A stretch of DNA of 64,000 bases from a virus: IMG/VR virus record IMGVR_UViG_3300023174_003073, positions 96,001 through 160,000 of that record; one strand, 5' to 3'. The notes under the pieces are model-generated. The model saw nothing but the letters and a program-made list of their open reading frames with translations, had not been told where the DNA came from and made no database searches. Below, piece by piece: positions 47,534 to 56,223 of the stretch. How positions within the stretch are numbered: position 1 is the first letter of the stretch; each line of letters starts with the position of its first letter. The position numbers were made by a program, and so were the translations under genes.

Positions 47534-48910
47534 ATGGCACAGTTTTTCTTTGATAATCAGATACGTAGATTTTTAATTCAGTTTGCAAGAATTTTCAGTG
47601 ACTGGCAAGTAACTAAAGGTAAAGACCCTGCAGGTAATGACATTCTAATCCGTGTACCAATTCAATATGGTGATGCTAGTAGAATGGCACAGGCGCAAAT
47701 AAGTAATAATAGTGCAAGTAGTTTACCAAGTGCACCGTTAATTACATATAATATCACTGGGTTAGAATATGACCAAAGTAGAACACAAGATCCTTATTTT
47801 GTAGATAAATTGTCAATCAGACAACGTACATTCAATCAAGACACCGGACAATTTGAGCAAACACAAGGACAAGCATATACTGTTGAAAGACTAATGCCTG
47901 TACCATATAAACTAAGTGTCAATGTAGATTTTTGGACTACAAACTATAATCAAAAATTAGAATTAATTGAGCAGTTAGGTGTACTATTCAACCCTGCATT
48001 AGAAATTCAAAGTACAGATAACTTTATTGATTGGACTTCATTATCAGTTGTTTACCAAGATGGGTTAACTTTTAGTAGTCGTACTATACCCCAAGGGTCA
48101 GGTAATCCAGTTGATATTATGAGTTGGAAATTTCACATGCCTATATGGATAAGTGGTCCAGCCAAGATTAAGAAATTGGGAGTAATTCAGAAAATTGTTG
48201 CTAGTATATTTAAAGGTTCTGCACTAACAGATATGCAAGATAGTGATTTACTATTAGGAACAAGGCCTAAAATTACACCATATGGTTATAAACTTTTATT
48301 ATTAGGTGATACACTACAAATTTTACCTGCTGGCACTCCGATAGATGGAATCAATTTATCTATGCAACTAAATGAAAATGCAGATAGTTCAATTTATTGG
48401 TCTGCTTTTTTAAATGTATACGGTACTGTAACAAATGGAATTTCACAAATATGGTTAGAAAATCCATATATGGATACTGATATTGTAGGTACTATTTCTA
48501 TAAATCCAACAGATGATAGAATATTATTATTTGATATCGATACTGATACACTGCCACAGAATACATTAGATCCAGTAACTAGTATCATCAATCCGCAAAC
48601 AAAAGGACCCAATCATGGACTACCGGCTCCTGTTAATGGACAAAGATATTTGTTAGTAGATGATATAGGTAATATTGACAATGAAGTTCCTGCTCTTGCT
48701 TGGGGAGATGTTGTTGCGTATGCAAATGATATTATACAATATAACAGTAGCACACAAAAATGGCAAGTTGATTTTGATAGTAGAAATACAACCACAACTG
48801 AATATGTAACCAATTTAACTAGCAGTGTTCAATATAGATATACCGATGGCATGTGGGTTAAGTCATACGAAGGTTATTATGAAGCCGGAGATTTTTCTAT
48901 AGTCATCTAA
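47534..48910 (+). CDS. gp15: tail terminator / sheath stabiliser (T4 gp15-like) with a C-terminal extension
   Basis: FFFDNQIRR..IQF..IFS, VPIQYG, MPVPY.L and QKLELIEQ...FNP. Confidence 0.8.
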   Translation: MAQFFFDNQIRRFLIQFARIFSDWQVTKGKDPAGNDILIRVPIQYGDASRMAQAQISNNSASSLPSAPLITYNITGLEYDQSRTQDPYFVDKLSIRQRTFNQDTGQFEQTQGQAYTVERLMPVPYKLSVNVDFWTTNYNQKLELIEQLGVLFNPALEIQSTDNFIDWTSLSVVYQDGLTFSSRTIPQGSGNPVDIMSWKFHMPIWISGPAKIKKLGVIQKIVASIFKGSALTDMQDSDLLLGTRPKITPYGYKLLLLGDTLQILPAGTPIDGINLSMQLNENADSSIYWSAFLNVYGTVTNGISQIWLENPYMDTDIVGTISINPTDDRILLFDIDTDTLPQNTLDPVTSIINPQTKGPNHGLPAPVNGQRYLLVDDIGNIDNEVPALAWGDVVAYANDIIQYNSSTQKWQVDFDSRNTTTTEYVTNLTSSVQYRYTDGMWVKSYEGYYEAGDFSIVI

Positions 48911-48927
48911 CTGTGATAAATCATAGT

Positions 48928-49347
48928 ATGAAAGACAATACCTCAGCAGGAATCTTTTTTTACGCAAGTGATACACAAAGATTTCTTTATCTACTTAGAA
49001 ATGATAATAAAAATCCAGGTAATTGGGGTATACCGGGTGGAAAAATTGAAGCAAATGAAACATTACTTGAAGGTGTTGAAAGAGAATGTTTAGAAGAAGT
49101 AGGTTTCTTTCCAAAGAATGCTAAACTAGTTCCAATACAAAAATTTATTAACAACACATTCACATATCATACATTCTTTTGTAAAGTAGACAAAGAGTTT
49201 ATTCCAGTATTGAATGAAGAACATTGCGGGTATGCTTGGACTGACAGTAAACACTATCCTAAGCCATTACATCCTGGACTGTTTAACACAGTGAACTTTG
49301 ATGTAGTACAAGACAAACTACAGAAACTAATAAAAAAAGCCGCATAA
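48928..49347 (+). CDS. NUDIX hydrolase
   Basis: Nudix box GGKIEANETLLEGVERECLEEVG. Start moved to MKDNT. Confidence 0.9.
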   Translation: MKDNTSAGIFFYASDTQRFLYLLRNDNKNPGNWGIPGGKIEANETLLEGVERECLEEVGFFPKNAKLVPIQKFINNTFTYHTFFCKVDKEFIPVLNEEHCGYAWTDSKHYPKPLHPGLFNTVNFDVVQDKLQKLIKKAA

Positions 49348-49359
49348 TGCGGCTTTTTT
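49332..49359. terminator. bidirectional terminator
   Basis: A7-GCCGCA-TAA-TGCGGC-T6 between convergent genes. Confidence 0.88.
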
Positions 49360-49376
49360 GTTGATGCTTAATAATA

Positions 49377-50594
49377 TTAAGTGTTAGCAATTTTAACAGT
49401 TGTGTTCAATGTTGCTGAACCAAATGTCCATTGTACTGCTGAATCAGTAGCAAATTGTGTGCCAGTACCTCTAGTAACAGTAGCCTTACGACCATTTAGT
49501 TTTGTTACAAAATATGTGCCACCTGCACTATCAGTAGCAGTGATAGTCATTTCGCCAATTGCAGATACCGCTGATCCTTTTAATTGGCAAATTGCAATAC
49601 CATCTGCTGTTTTAACTTTGAATCTTCGTGCACCAACTTGACGAATAATGTCACCAATTTTAGATCCATTGTCATCAGTATCAGCATAAATGGTAATAGC
49701 ATTTTCTTGATTACCTGCACTGTAAGGGATACCATTATCTGTAGTTAACACAGAAGTTCCTGCTGCCGTGCCACCACTGAATGTAGGAGCCGCATCAGAA
49801 ACTGTCGAATACCCGGAACCCGTCTCACTCATTTCTACGCCACTAACACCATACGTGATAGTCAAGGTAGCACCTGTACCACCTGTTGGTGCAACTGTTG
49901 TTGATTTTGCTCCACTAGAGACACTAGTATAGTCACCTTGTTCAGCAACCGCAACAGTAGAAACTCCCCATGCAGTGATGTTAACTTGTAAATTAATACC
50001 GTTATAGTCTGAACCGGCTGCAACTTGAGTCTTAGTCATACCAATTGTATTGCTCGGTAATGCACCACTTGTCCACACACCACCGTTAACAATAGAAACT
50101 GCTGTGGCTGTACCTGTAGTTGAGGCTGTTACACGAACTCTTAATGGAGTTGCAAAACCAGCAATAGCAAATGTAAACTCGTCGCCCACATCGTTTGCTG
50201 AACCACCGTTGTTGAGTGTGATACCTACTACTGTTAAACCAGTAACACTGAATGTTGCCGGTGTAACTACACCAGTACCTGTTGGTAATGTCAATACATC
50301 AGCTAAATGATAGCCAGTACCAGCCGCTGTAGCAACAGCAGTCAATGCATGACCGTGTACTATACCAGTAGCACGTACTGCACCAATACCTACTAAATCA
50401 GGATCGCTGAATGTTACTGTGGGCAACGCAGAAGTATATGTACCTTCTGTATTGATTGTAACACTTGCTACACCTTCACCACCAATGCGGTCATCACTGT
50501 AGTTTTGACTGTTTGATAAACCACCTGTTGTTTGGTCGCCACCAGTACCGATGTTACGATTACCAAAATATTTTTTATTTAAACTTTTTGCCAT
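49377..50594 (-). CDS. virion structural protein, paralog B
   Basis: G/T/A-rich; shares N- and C-terminal domains with 50606-51625. Confidence 0.7.
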   Translation of the reverse strand: MAKSLNKKYFGNRNIGTGGDQTTGGLSNSQNYSDDRIGGEGVASVTINTEGTYTSALPTVTFSDPDLVGIGAVRATGIVHGHALTAVATAAGTGYHLADVLTLPTGTGVVTPATFSVTGLTVVGITLNNGGSANDVGDEFTFAIAGFATPLRVRVTASTTGTATAVSIVNGGVWTSGALPSNTIGMTKTQVAAGSDYNGINLQVNITAWGVSTVAVAEQGDYTSVSSGAKSTTVAPTGGTGATLTITYGVSGVEMSETGSGYSTVSDAAPTFSGGTAAGTSVLTTDNGIPYSAGNQENAITIYADTDDNGSKIGDIIRQVGARRFKVKTADGIAICQLKGSAVSAIGEMTITATDSAGGTYFVTKLNGRKATVTRGTGTQFATDSAVQWTFGSATLNTTVKIANT

Positions 50595-50605
50595 TTTATT
50601 TTTCC

Positions 50606-51625
50606 TTAAGCGTTAGTTATAGATACAGAGACACCGTTTACTGGGGCACCAAATGTCCATGGAACACTTGAATCTGTAGCAAACTGAGTACCACCGTTAG
50701 ATGCTTTGCGAACAACTGTGCAACGATGACCACCTAGTTTCTTAACCCAATATTCCCCACCGGCACTGTCAAAAGCAGTTAAGTCCATTTCACCGGCTGC
50801 GTTTGCAACACCATCAGTTACTAGTGAACAAGTCATAACACCGTCTGCTGTTTTAACCTTGTAACGGCGTGCACCAACTTGACGAATAATATCAGCTACT
50901 TGGCGACTTCCACCTGTTACATATGCGTAAGGGATGATAGCATTTTCTTGATTACCGGCACTGTAAGGAATACCGTTGTCTGTAGTCAATACGATTGTAC
51001 CTGCTGGTACTGTACCATTTGTTGTACCTGGCTTAGTAAATGTAAATGTTTCATTACCTGTATAACCAGATCCTTTTTCAGTAATAGTTACTGTAGATTC
51101 TTTAACACGGAATGCAATGTCAACTAAGAATGTTGACGCTGTACCTGATCCTGCAATTTTAGTTAAAGTAATACCAACTGTATCTTTTGGAATGTCTGCA
51201 AGTGCTAGAGCATCACCCCGAGCCGCACCGGTTGCTATTACTGAGAACACAGCATTAGCACCTGACAAGTCAGTAACTTTAGCAATCATTCCTGGTACAC
51301 TTGCCACACCAAATGTGTCGCCAACTGCTAAGTTAGTTTTGCCTGCACCAGTTCCTACGCTTTCAACTTCAAATTGTGCAGTGTAAGTTGCTTGTACACC
51401 GCCTGGAATTGTCGGAGCTGGCAGTGCTGTTAGTGCTGTCAACACTTGAACGTTACTGTTGCCTTGGAATGAACCAAGTGTTGACCAGTTGATACTAGCA
51501 ATGCCTTCGCCACCAATTCTGTCATCACTATAATTTTGACTGTTTGATTGATTACCAGTAGTCTGGTCACCGCCGGTACCAATGTTACGGTTACCAAAAT
51601 ATTTTTTGTTTAGATTAGCTGCCAT
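50606..51625 (-). CDS. virion structural protein, paralog A
   Basis: LNKKYFGNRNIGTGGDQTTG...DDRIGGEG and TTDNGIPYSAGNQENAI...IIRQVGARR shared with its neighbour. Confidence 0.7.
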   Translation of the reverse strand: MAANLNKKYFGNRNIGTGGDQTTGNQSNSQNYSDDRIGGEGIASINWSTLGSFQGNSNVQVLTALTALPAPTIPGGVQATYTAQFEVESVGTGAGKTNLAVGDTFGVASVPGMIAKVTDLSGANAVFSVIATGAARGDALALADIPKDTVGITLTKIAGSGTASTFLVDIAFRVKESTVTITEKGSGYTGNETFTFTKPGTTNGTVPAGTIVLTTDNGIPYSAGNQENAIIPYAYVTGGSRQVADIIRQVGARRYKVKTADGVMTCSLVTDGVANAAGEMDLTAFDSAGGEYWVKKLGGHRCTVVRKASNGGTQFATDSSVPWTFGAPVNGVSVSITNA

Positions 51626-51650
51626 TTTATTTTTCCTTTATATTATGGGC

Positions 51651-51702
51651 GTTCTAGGCCTACGCAGTGGCTTACTGCGTAAACTCTCATTCAAGAGCGA
51701 AC
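51651..51702 (-). ncRNA. structured 5' leader (three-way junction) downstream of the late promoter at 51707-51714
   Basis: GTTC/GAAC closing stem; hairpins GCTCT/AGAGT and TACGCAGT/ACTGCGTA. Confidence 0.55.
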
Positions 51703-51726
51703 ATTGTATTTATCTTTTTTTGGGTA

Positions 51727-52587
51727 TTAGAAGGAGGTATCGTCTAATAAGACTCTAGTCCAAATGTCAGTTACATTATCAACGTAGTTACTTCTGCAAT
51801 AATACATATACATATTGTCAAATGCTATTGTTCCTACTGTGTCTCCGGCAGCACCATAGCTATGTGTAGGTGGAGTTCCACCGGCAGAGATTAACATCTT
51901 ACCTACTGTTGCAGTACCTGATACAGTCAAGCCAGTTAATGTACCCAAACTAGTAATGTTAGCCTGTGCATTAGAAGTTACTGTACCTGCTTTAGTGGCA
52001 GTTGTTGCAGTACCTGAACTATTTGCATACGTAGCATTTGCTATATTATTAGGAGTACCCCAACTTAATGCTGTGCCGTTAGTAGTTAAGAACTGTCCAT
52101 TGTGTGTAGATTGTGCGGGTAATGTTGTACCGCCACCTGATGATGTAGTCCAAGTTAAGTTACCTTGACCATCTGTTGAAAGTAACCCACCGCTCATCCC
52201 ACCTAGTATTGAAATATTGGCTGCATCACCTAATTTTATTTTAATGTTTGCAGTTGGTCCAACATTTGCGCCAGTCCAATTAACTACACTATTAGCAACT
52301 GATGCATTGCCATCAAATACTAAAATTTGACCTGTTCTCGGATCATTTAAACTTACAAATGTATTGCTTGATCCTGCAATTTGTGTAAAAGGTATTTCTG
52401 AAACTTCAGTAAGAATTTCAGTCTGAGTTGTCATTTCATTCTCAGCAACAGGAACTAATACAGGATCGTTTCCTATATAGACTTTTTGTGCGTCTGATGC
52501 AAATCCAATTTCCCCCGTGTCTAATTGAGGCAAATCTACATTTGCACCTACTCTGTGAATTATTTTGCTTATTTGTACGATGGCCAT
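51727..52587 (-). CDS. short fibre protein with an Mtd_N-like N-terminus
   Basis: IVQISKIIHR.G...LPQL..GEIGF..D..KVYIG; QANITSLGTL repeat. Confidence 0.65.
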   Translation of the reverse strand: MAIVQISKIIHRVGANVDLPQLDTGEIGFASDAQKVYIGNDPVLVPVAENEMTTQTEILTEVSEIPFTQIAGSSNTFVSLNDPRTGQILVFDGNASVANSVVNWTGANVGPTANIKIKLGDAANISILGGMSGGLLSTDGQGNLTWTTSSGGGTTLPAQSTHNGQFLTTNGTALSWGTPNNIANATYANSSGTATTATKAGTVTSNAQANITSLGTLTGLTVSGTATVGKMLISAGGTPPTHSYGAAGDTVGTIAFDNMYMYYCRSNYVDNVTDIWTRVLLDDTSF

Positions 52588-52619
52588 AGTTTAATCTTCG
52601 GTTGATTAAACTATTTATC
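52586..52619 (-). promoter_or_regulatory. late promoter GATAAATA overlapping an 11-bp hairpin ATAGTTTAATC/GATTAAACTAT that covers the start codon
   Basis: Inverted repeat at 52586-52596 / 52604-52614. Confidence 0.7.
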
Positions 52620-52624
52620 ACGAT

Positions 52625-53311
52625 TTACAGGAACTTCGTATAGAACTGCTCACATCGTTTGAACCACATGTCTGTGTACTTGTCAAATTCAGCACCCTCA
52701 ACAATGAATTCCTGATATTCATTGGCTGCTGAACACATGAAAATAACACCTTTGCGTATCTTTGTCCCGTGTACTTCATTATGTGCATTAGCATACGCAG
52801 TCAATTGAACAAAGTAATCATCAATCCACTCACGTTTCTTGGGCTTATTTGTCTGCTTGTGATCCATGATTGCTTCTGCATTATCATGTATCCCACATAA
52901 ATCAGTAGTACCAGCATATATTGAGGGGAAATACAAAGGAACTTCTGTACCCCAGTATTCATTACATTTAGATAGTCCTTGTGCAATGATGCTTGATGCC
53001 ATTGCATGACTCTGTATTGAATATGGATTACTGCCGGGTGTACCTATCTCGCCTGTTTTGATGTAATCTTCAAGCCACTTGTGCATACGTGTTCCGCGAC
53101 CTGCGGCTTCAGTAGTTATCTCTTGTGCTTTTTGAGCACCAACTCGTTTACGCCACTCCATCAATGCTTTTTTAGATTCTTCTGATTTAGTAGCATCTAG
53201 TATTGTAGTGACTGATGGTAGCTTATTTCCATCGGGCGTTGCATATCTACGACCTTCTGGTGTATCAATGCGCTTGATTGCTTCGTATTTAAATTTGTTG
53301 GGGTTATACAT
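52625..53311 (-). CDS. PD-(D/E)XK exonuclease (Cas4/RecB-like phage exonuclease)
   Basis: LPSVTTIL, RGT.MH, YAGTTD, IMDHKQ and QL.AYA.AH. Confidence 0.85.
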   Translation of the reverse strand: MYNPNKFKYEAIKRIDTPEGRRYATPDGNKLPSVTTILDATKSEESKKALMEWRKRVGAQKAQEITTEAAGRGTRMHKWLEDYIKTGEIGTPGSNPYSIQSHAMASSIIAQGLSKCNEYWGTEVPLYFPSIYAGTTDLCGIHDNAEAIMDHKQTNKPKKREWIDDYFVQLTAYANAHNEVHGTKIRKGVIFMCSAANEYQEFIVEGAEFDKYTDMWFKRCEQFYTKFL

Positions 53312-53319
53312 TATAGTCG

Positions 53320-53348
53320 ATTATAGTGAATTATAATCCAACTGTCAA
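53320..53348 (-). promoter_or_regulatory. perfect sigma70 promoter TTGACA-17-TATAAT, leaderless
   Basis: -35 at 53343-53348, -10 at 53320-53325, ATG 8 nt downstream. Confidence 0.85.
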
Positions 53349-53358
53349 CTGTATTTGG

Positions 53359-53673
53359 TTACTTGACTTGTTTGTTAGCCATTTGTTGACGAATCTTTTC
53401 ATTTTCGTCAGGACCTTGTTCTTGTCCTTCTAAATCATTTTCTTGGCCTCTGAAAATAACTTTATCATCACTAACATCTGCAATGATATTTTTTAATGGT
53501 TCTTTTTCAACAATGTCAAACAAATCTCTTTTGTCTAATGAGATCCCGTTTTTATTCAACACAGTTAAGAATTCGTCAGCGGTCATAGGTTCAGTTTGTG
53601 TAGAAAGTTGGCTAGCTACTGCAACCAACTTTACACGCAAAGGATCTGCATCACTGAATTCAAATAAGCGCAT
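53359..53673 (-). CDS. hypothetical protein (MRLFE N-terminus)
   Basis: ORF track. Confidence 0.7.
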   Translation of the reverse strand: MRLFEFSDADPLRVKLVAVASQLSTQTEPMTADEFLTVLNKNGISLDKRDLFDIVEKEPLKNIIADVSDDKVIFRGQENDLEGQEQGPDENEKIRQQMANKQVK

Positions 53674-53675
53674 GT

Positions 53676-54410
53676 TTAACGCTTGGCTCTGCCTACTGCC
53701 GGAACAGGTTCTTCTGGTTCTTCTTCAGGCATCTCAGGAGCTGCCATTGCGTCAGCACCCATTTCTTCTCCACCCATGTCAGGAGCCATTTCATCGCCGC
53801 CTGCTATTGGATCTGCACCCATGCCATCATCCATACCAGCGCCCATCTCATCACCCATGCCAAAGCCACCATCTTGACCTGTCACAACGCCTAATGCGCC
53901 TTGTAGACCTGTCTTAGATTGTGTTAGTGCGGCTTGTAATGAAGTCAATGCCTCTGATACTTGGCTACTAAATTGTTCACCTTCACTTGTACCAAACTCG
54001 CTGTTAACACCGTCAACAACTGCTGGTAATTCTTTTACTAGCATATCACTAACTTGTTCAATCATCTTCTGCATTGAATCAACCATTTCTTGTGCGGCTA
54101 GAACAACTTGAGATTTTTCAACTTCTTCGTTCTCGACTACAATTCGTGGATTATACATTGGAAGTGATTTCAAATCACCATAGTGATGTGTTAATGCTTG
54201 TTCCATGAATACAAGTTTCAAGTAAGCAGGATTTTGCTCTCCGCTCATTGATTTTTGTTTAGCTTCTGACATCAATCCTTTGACTTTCTTAAGCATATTC
54301 TTGGTCTCATAAAGACCTAGCTTATCAACATTGAAGGATGTGTTGAAGTGTTCTTTCAGTGCTTGTTTAGCGACTGAAGTTGGTTTAGCGTTAAATTCGG
54401 TTAGTTTCAT
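53676..54410 (-). CDS. putative prohead core / scaffold-like protein (MKLTE N-terminus)
   Basis: Helical with an acidic G/M/D tail; GATAAATA at 54436-54443. Confidence 0.55.
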   Translation of the reverse strand: MKLTEFNAKPTSVAKQALKEHFNTSFNVDKLGLYETKNMLKKVKGLMSEAKQKSMSGEQNPAYLKLVFMEQALTHHYGDLKSLPMYNPRIVVENEEVEKSQVVLAAQEMVDSMQKMIEQVSDMLVKELPAVVDGVNSEFGTSEGEQFSSQVSEALTSLQAALTQSKTGLQGALGVVTGQDGGFGMGDEMGAGMDDGMGADPIAGGDEMAPDMGGEEMGADAMAAPEMPEEEPEEPVPAVGRAKR

Positions 54411-54453
54411 AGTTTTTCCTAGAGTACTGATAATATATTTATCATTGGTTTAA

Positions 54454-54945
54454 TTATTTTGCGGAGTTTAGTGCAAATTGTTTGTGCTGCCAAGCATTGG
54501 CTTTCTCTACAAACTTCTCTAATTCATCCAATAAATGCTGTTTCTTTAGCATATCTTCGTTCATTTTAGCAATGACGATAGTCTTAGTTTCCAAGTTTTT
54601 AATGGTTTTACTAAGTTTTTGACGAACTTTTAGGTTCTCAATTGTCCCGTATAATATGCTGTCCAAATAAAGTACACGGTTAGCATCAGTTACAGAATTT
54701 GTTTTATCTAATGTAATCCAAGTGACAGCGTTCTTTAATTCAGCAAATGTATAGGTAGTGTGAGTTTTATTCTTGCTCATTACATATCCCATATCATTCT
54801 TTTTTATAGAATATTCTCCATATAAATGATAAACACCAGCCGAATCCTGATAAACAATTTCTTTTTCTAATTTTGACAGTTTCTCTTTACTAAGCATTTT
54901 AGCTAAGATAGAGAATAATTTATCATTTTTATTACCCATGCTCAA
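54454..54945 (-). CDS. hypothetical protein
   Basis: ORF track. Confidence 0.65.
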   Translation of the reverse strand: MSMGNKNDKLFSILAKMLSKEKLSKLEKEIVYQDSAGVYHLYGEYSIKKNDMGYVMSKNKTHTTYTFAELKNAVTWITLDKTNSVTDANRVLYLDSILYGTIENLKVRQKLSKTIKNLETKTIVIAKMNEDMLKKQHLLDELEKFVEKANAWQHKQFALNSAK

Positions 54946-55390
54946 TTACCTCAAAATATATATTTCTTAATTCAGGACTAACATCTAAAAATGTCGGCAA
55001 CTTATTTAATTCTGTTCCAATATGTATCATTGGTACACCATCACAATCTGTAAATAAATGTCCCAATTCTTCAGTTCCATTATTAAATACACTTCCAAAC
55101 ATCACAGTAAAATCAAACGTCCAGACCGGACAAGGTGTTTCTGATTCTAATAAAAATCCAAATTTTTCCGTATCAGTTAATGATATTTCATCTTTATGTG
55201 GATCAGTAATATCTTCAGGTAAACTACGTAATGAAATTACTTGGATAATTGTATCAAAATTGCATTGCGTATTTCTTTGCTTTTCCCACAGTGATATCTT
55301 TTCATCTACTGGAACAGGTGTATTTCTTCTATTTGTAATGCCTGTTTTTGTAATATCAAACAGGGTATAGCATCTTATTTTTAACGACAT
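54932..55390 (-). CDS. hypothetical late protein
   Basis: ORF track; TATAAATA at 55395-55402, 4 nt before the ATG. Confidence 0.7.
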   Translation of the reverse strand: MSLKIRCYTLFDITKTGITNRRNTPVPVDEKISLWEKQRNTQCNFDTIIQVISLRSLPEDITDPHKDEISLTDTEKFGFLLESETPCPVWTFDFTVMFGSVFNNGTEELGHLFTDCDGVPMIHIGTELNKLPTFLDVSPELRNIYFEVIEHG

Positions 55391-55407
55391 ACACTATTTA
55401 TAGAGGT

Positions 55408-55435
55408 AAAAAAGCCCGCAATAAAAGCGGGCTTT
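55408..55435 (-). terminator. Rho-independent terminator
   Basis: AAAGCCCGC-TTTTATT-GCGGGCTTT followed by a T run. Confidence 0.85.
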
Positions 55436-55449
55436 ATGAGTCTATATTA

Positions 55450-56223
55450 TTACGGTACTATAGGTGAAGCTGTTCCGCGATTATATGCTAATCTAGCCTG
55501 TTGATCCATTGATAACGGATCATGTGCAGTTGAAGAACCTACTGTTTCTTTTGAACCATTAAATGAATATGCTTGAGTATTTGCTTGTCCAATAGTTGCC
55601 ATTACTTTAGCAACTTTGTCATAACTCTTACTCGCAACCGCTTGTTGTAACTCTTTCTGATATGCCCCGTCATTCCACTTATTTGTCACTAAATATCCGT
55701 CCACAAATCCACCAAGGTCAAACGGTTTACCATGTGTTTGTGCAATCATTTCATTATGTTTTATTTGATTAATAAACTTCTTACTAAAGATTTGTATTGC
55801 TCTGCGTTGCACCATTGATTGTGCTGGGTTTTTAAACCAGCTATATTTTGCGGCTGTAGGACCTGTTTGTGTCTGTGATGCAGTCGTTGGGGTAGTTTGT
55901 GTTGGGGTTGTTTGTGTTGGGGTAGTTTGTGCCTGTGATGAAGTTGATGGAGTGGTTTGTGTTGGAGTTGTTTGTGCTTGTGTAGAGGCAGTATAAGGGG
56001 ACGGTGGAATAACTCTTCCGGGCACCTGATATGAACCGTTACCTGCAGCCATGGTAGTTGTTGCATTGCTAGCAGACTGCATGTTTGTAGGCGCTGTTGG
56101 AGCTGAAGTTGTAGGGGCTAGATTGGACCTTTGAGCGTTAGCATTGCGTCTTTTAGCGTTCATACTAGCTTGTTTACGGCGGCTAGCATTACCCTCATCT
56201 AATATAAATTCACTCGCTCTCAT
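55450..56223 (-). CDS. putative internal head protein with a T/Q/P-rich tract
   Basis: MRASEFILDE N-terminus; (QTTPT)n repeats. Confidence 0.6.
   Translation of the reverse strand: MRASEFILDEGNASRRKQASMNAKRRNANAQRSNLAPTTSAPTAPTNMQSASNATTTMAAGNGSYQVPGRVIPPSPYTASTQAQTTPTQTTPSTSSQAQTTPTQTTPTQTTPTTASQTQTGPTAAKYSWFKNPAQSMVQRRAIQIFSKKFINQIKHNEMIAQTHGKPFDLGGFVDGYLVTNKWNDGAYQKELQQAVASKSYDKVAKVMATIGQANTQAYSFNGSKETVGSSTAHDPLSMDQQARLAYNRGTASPIVP
55886..55975. repeat. 15-bp tandem coding repeat gttggggt(a/t)gtttgt
   Basis: Three copies at 55886-55930 plus degenerate copies. Confidence 0.8.

Noticed and set aside
49377-51625. Diversity-generating retroelement TR/VR pair
   Set aside because: Mismatches are mostly synonymous and not adenine-specific, both copies are coding, and there is no reverse transcriptase in the window.
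55886-55975. CRISPR-like array
   Set aside because: 15-bp in-frame tandem coding repeats with no spacers; the nearby Cas4-like exonuclease is an ordinary phage nuclease.
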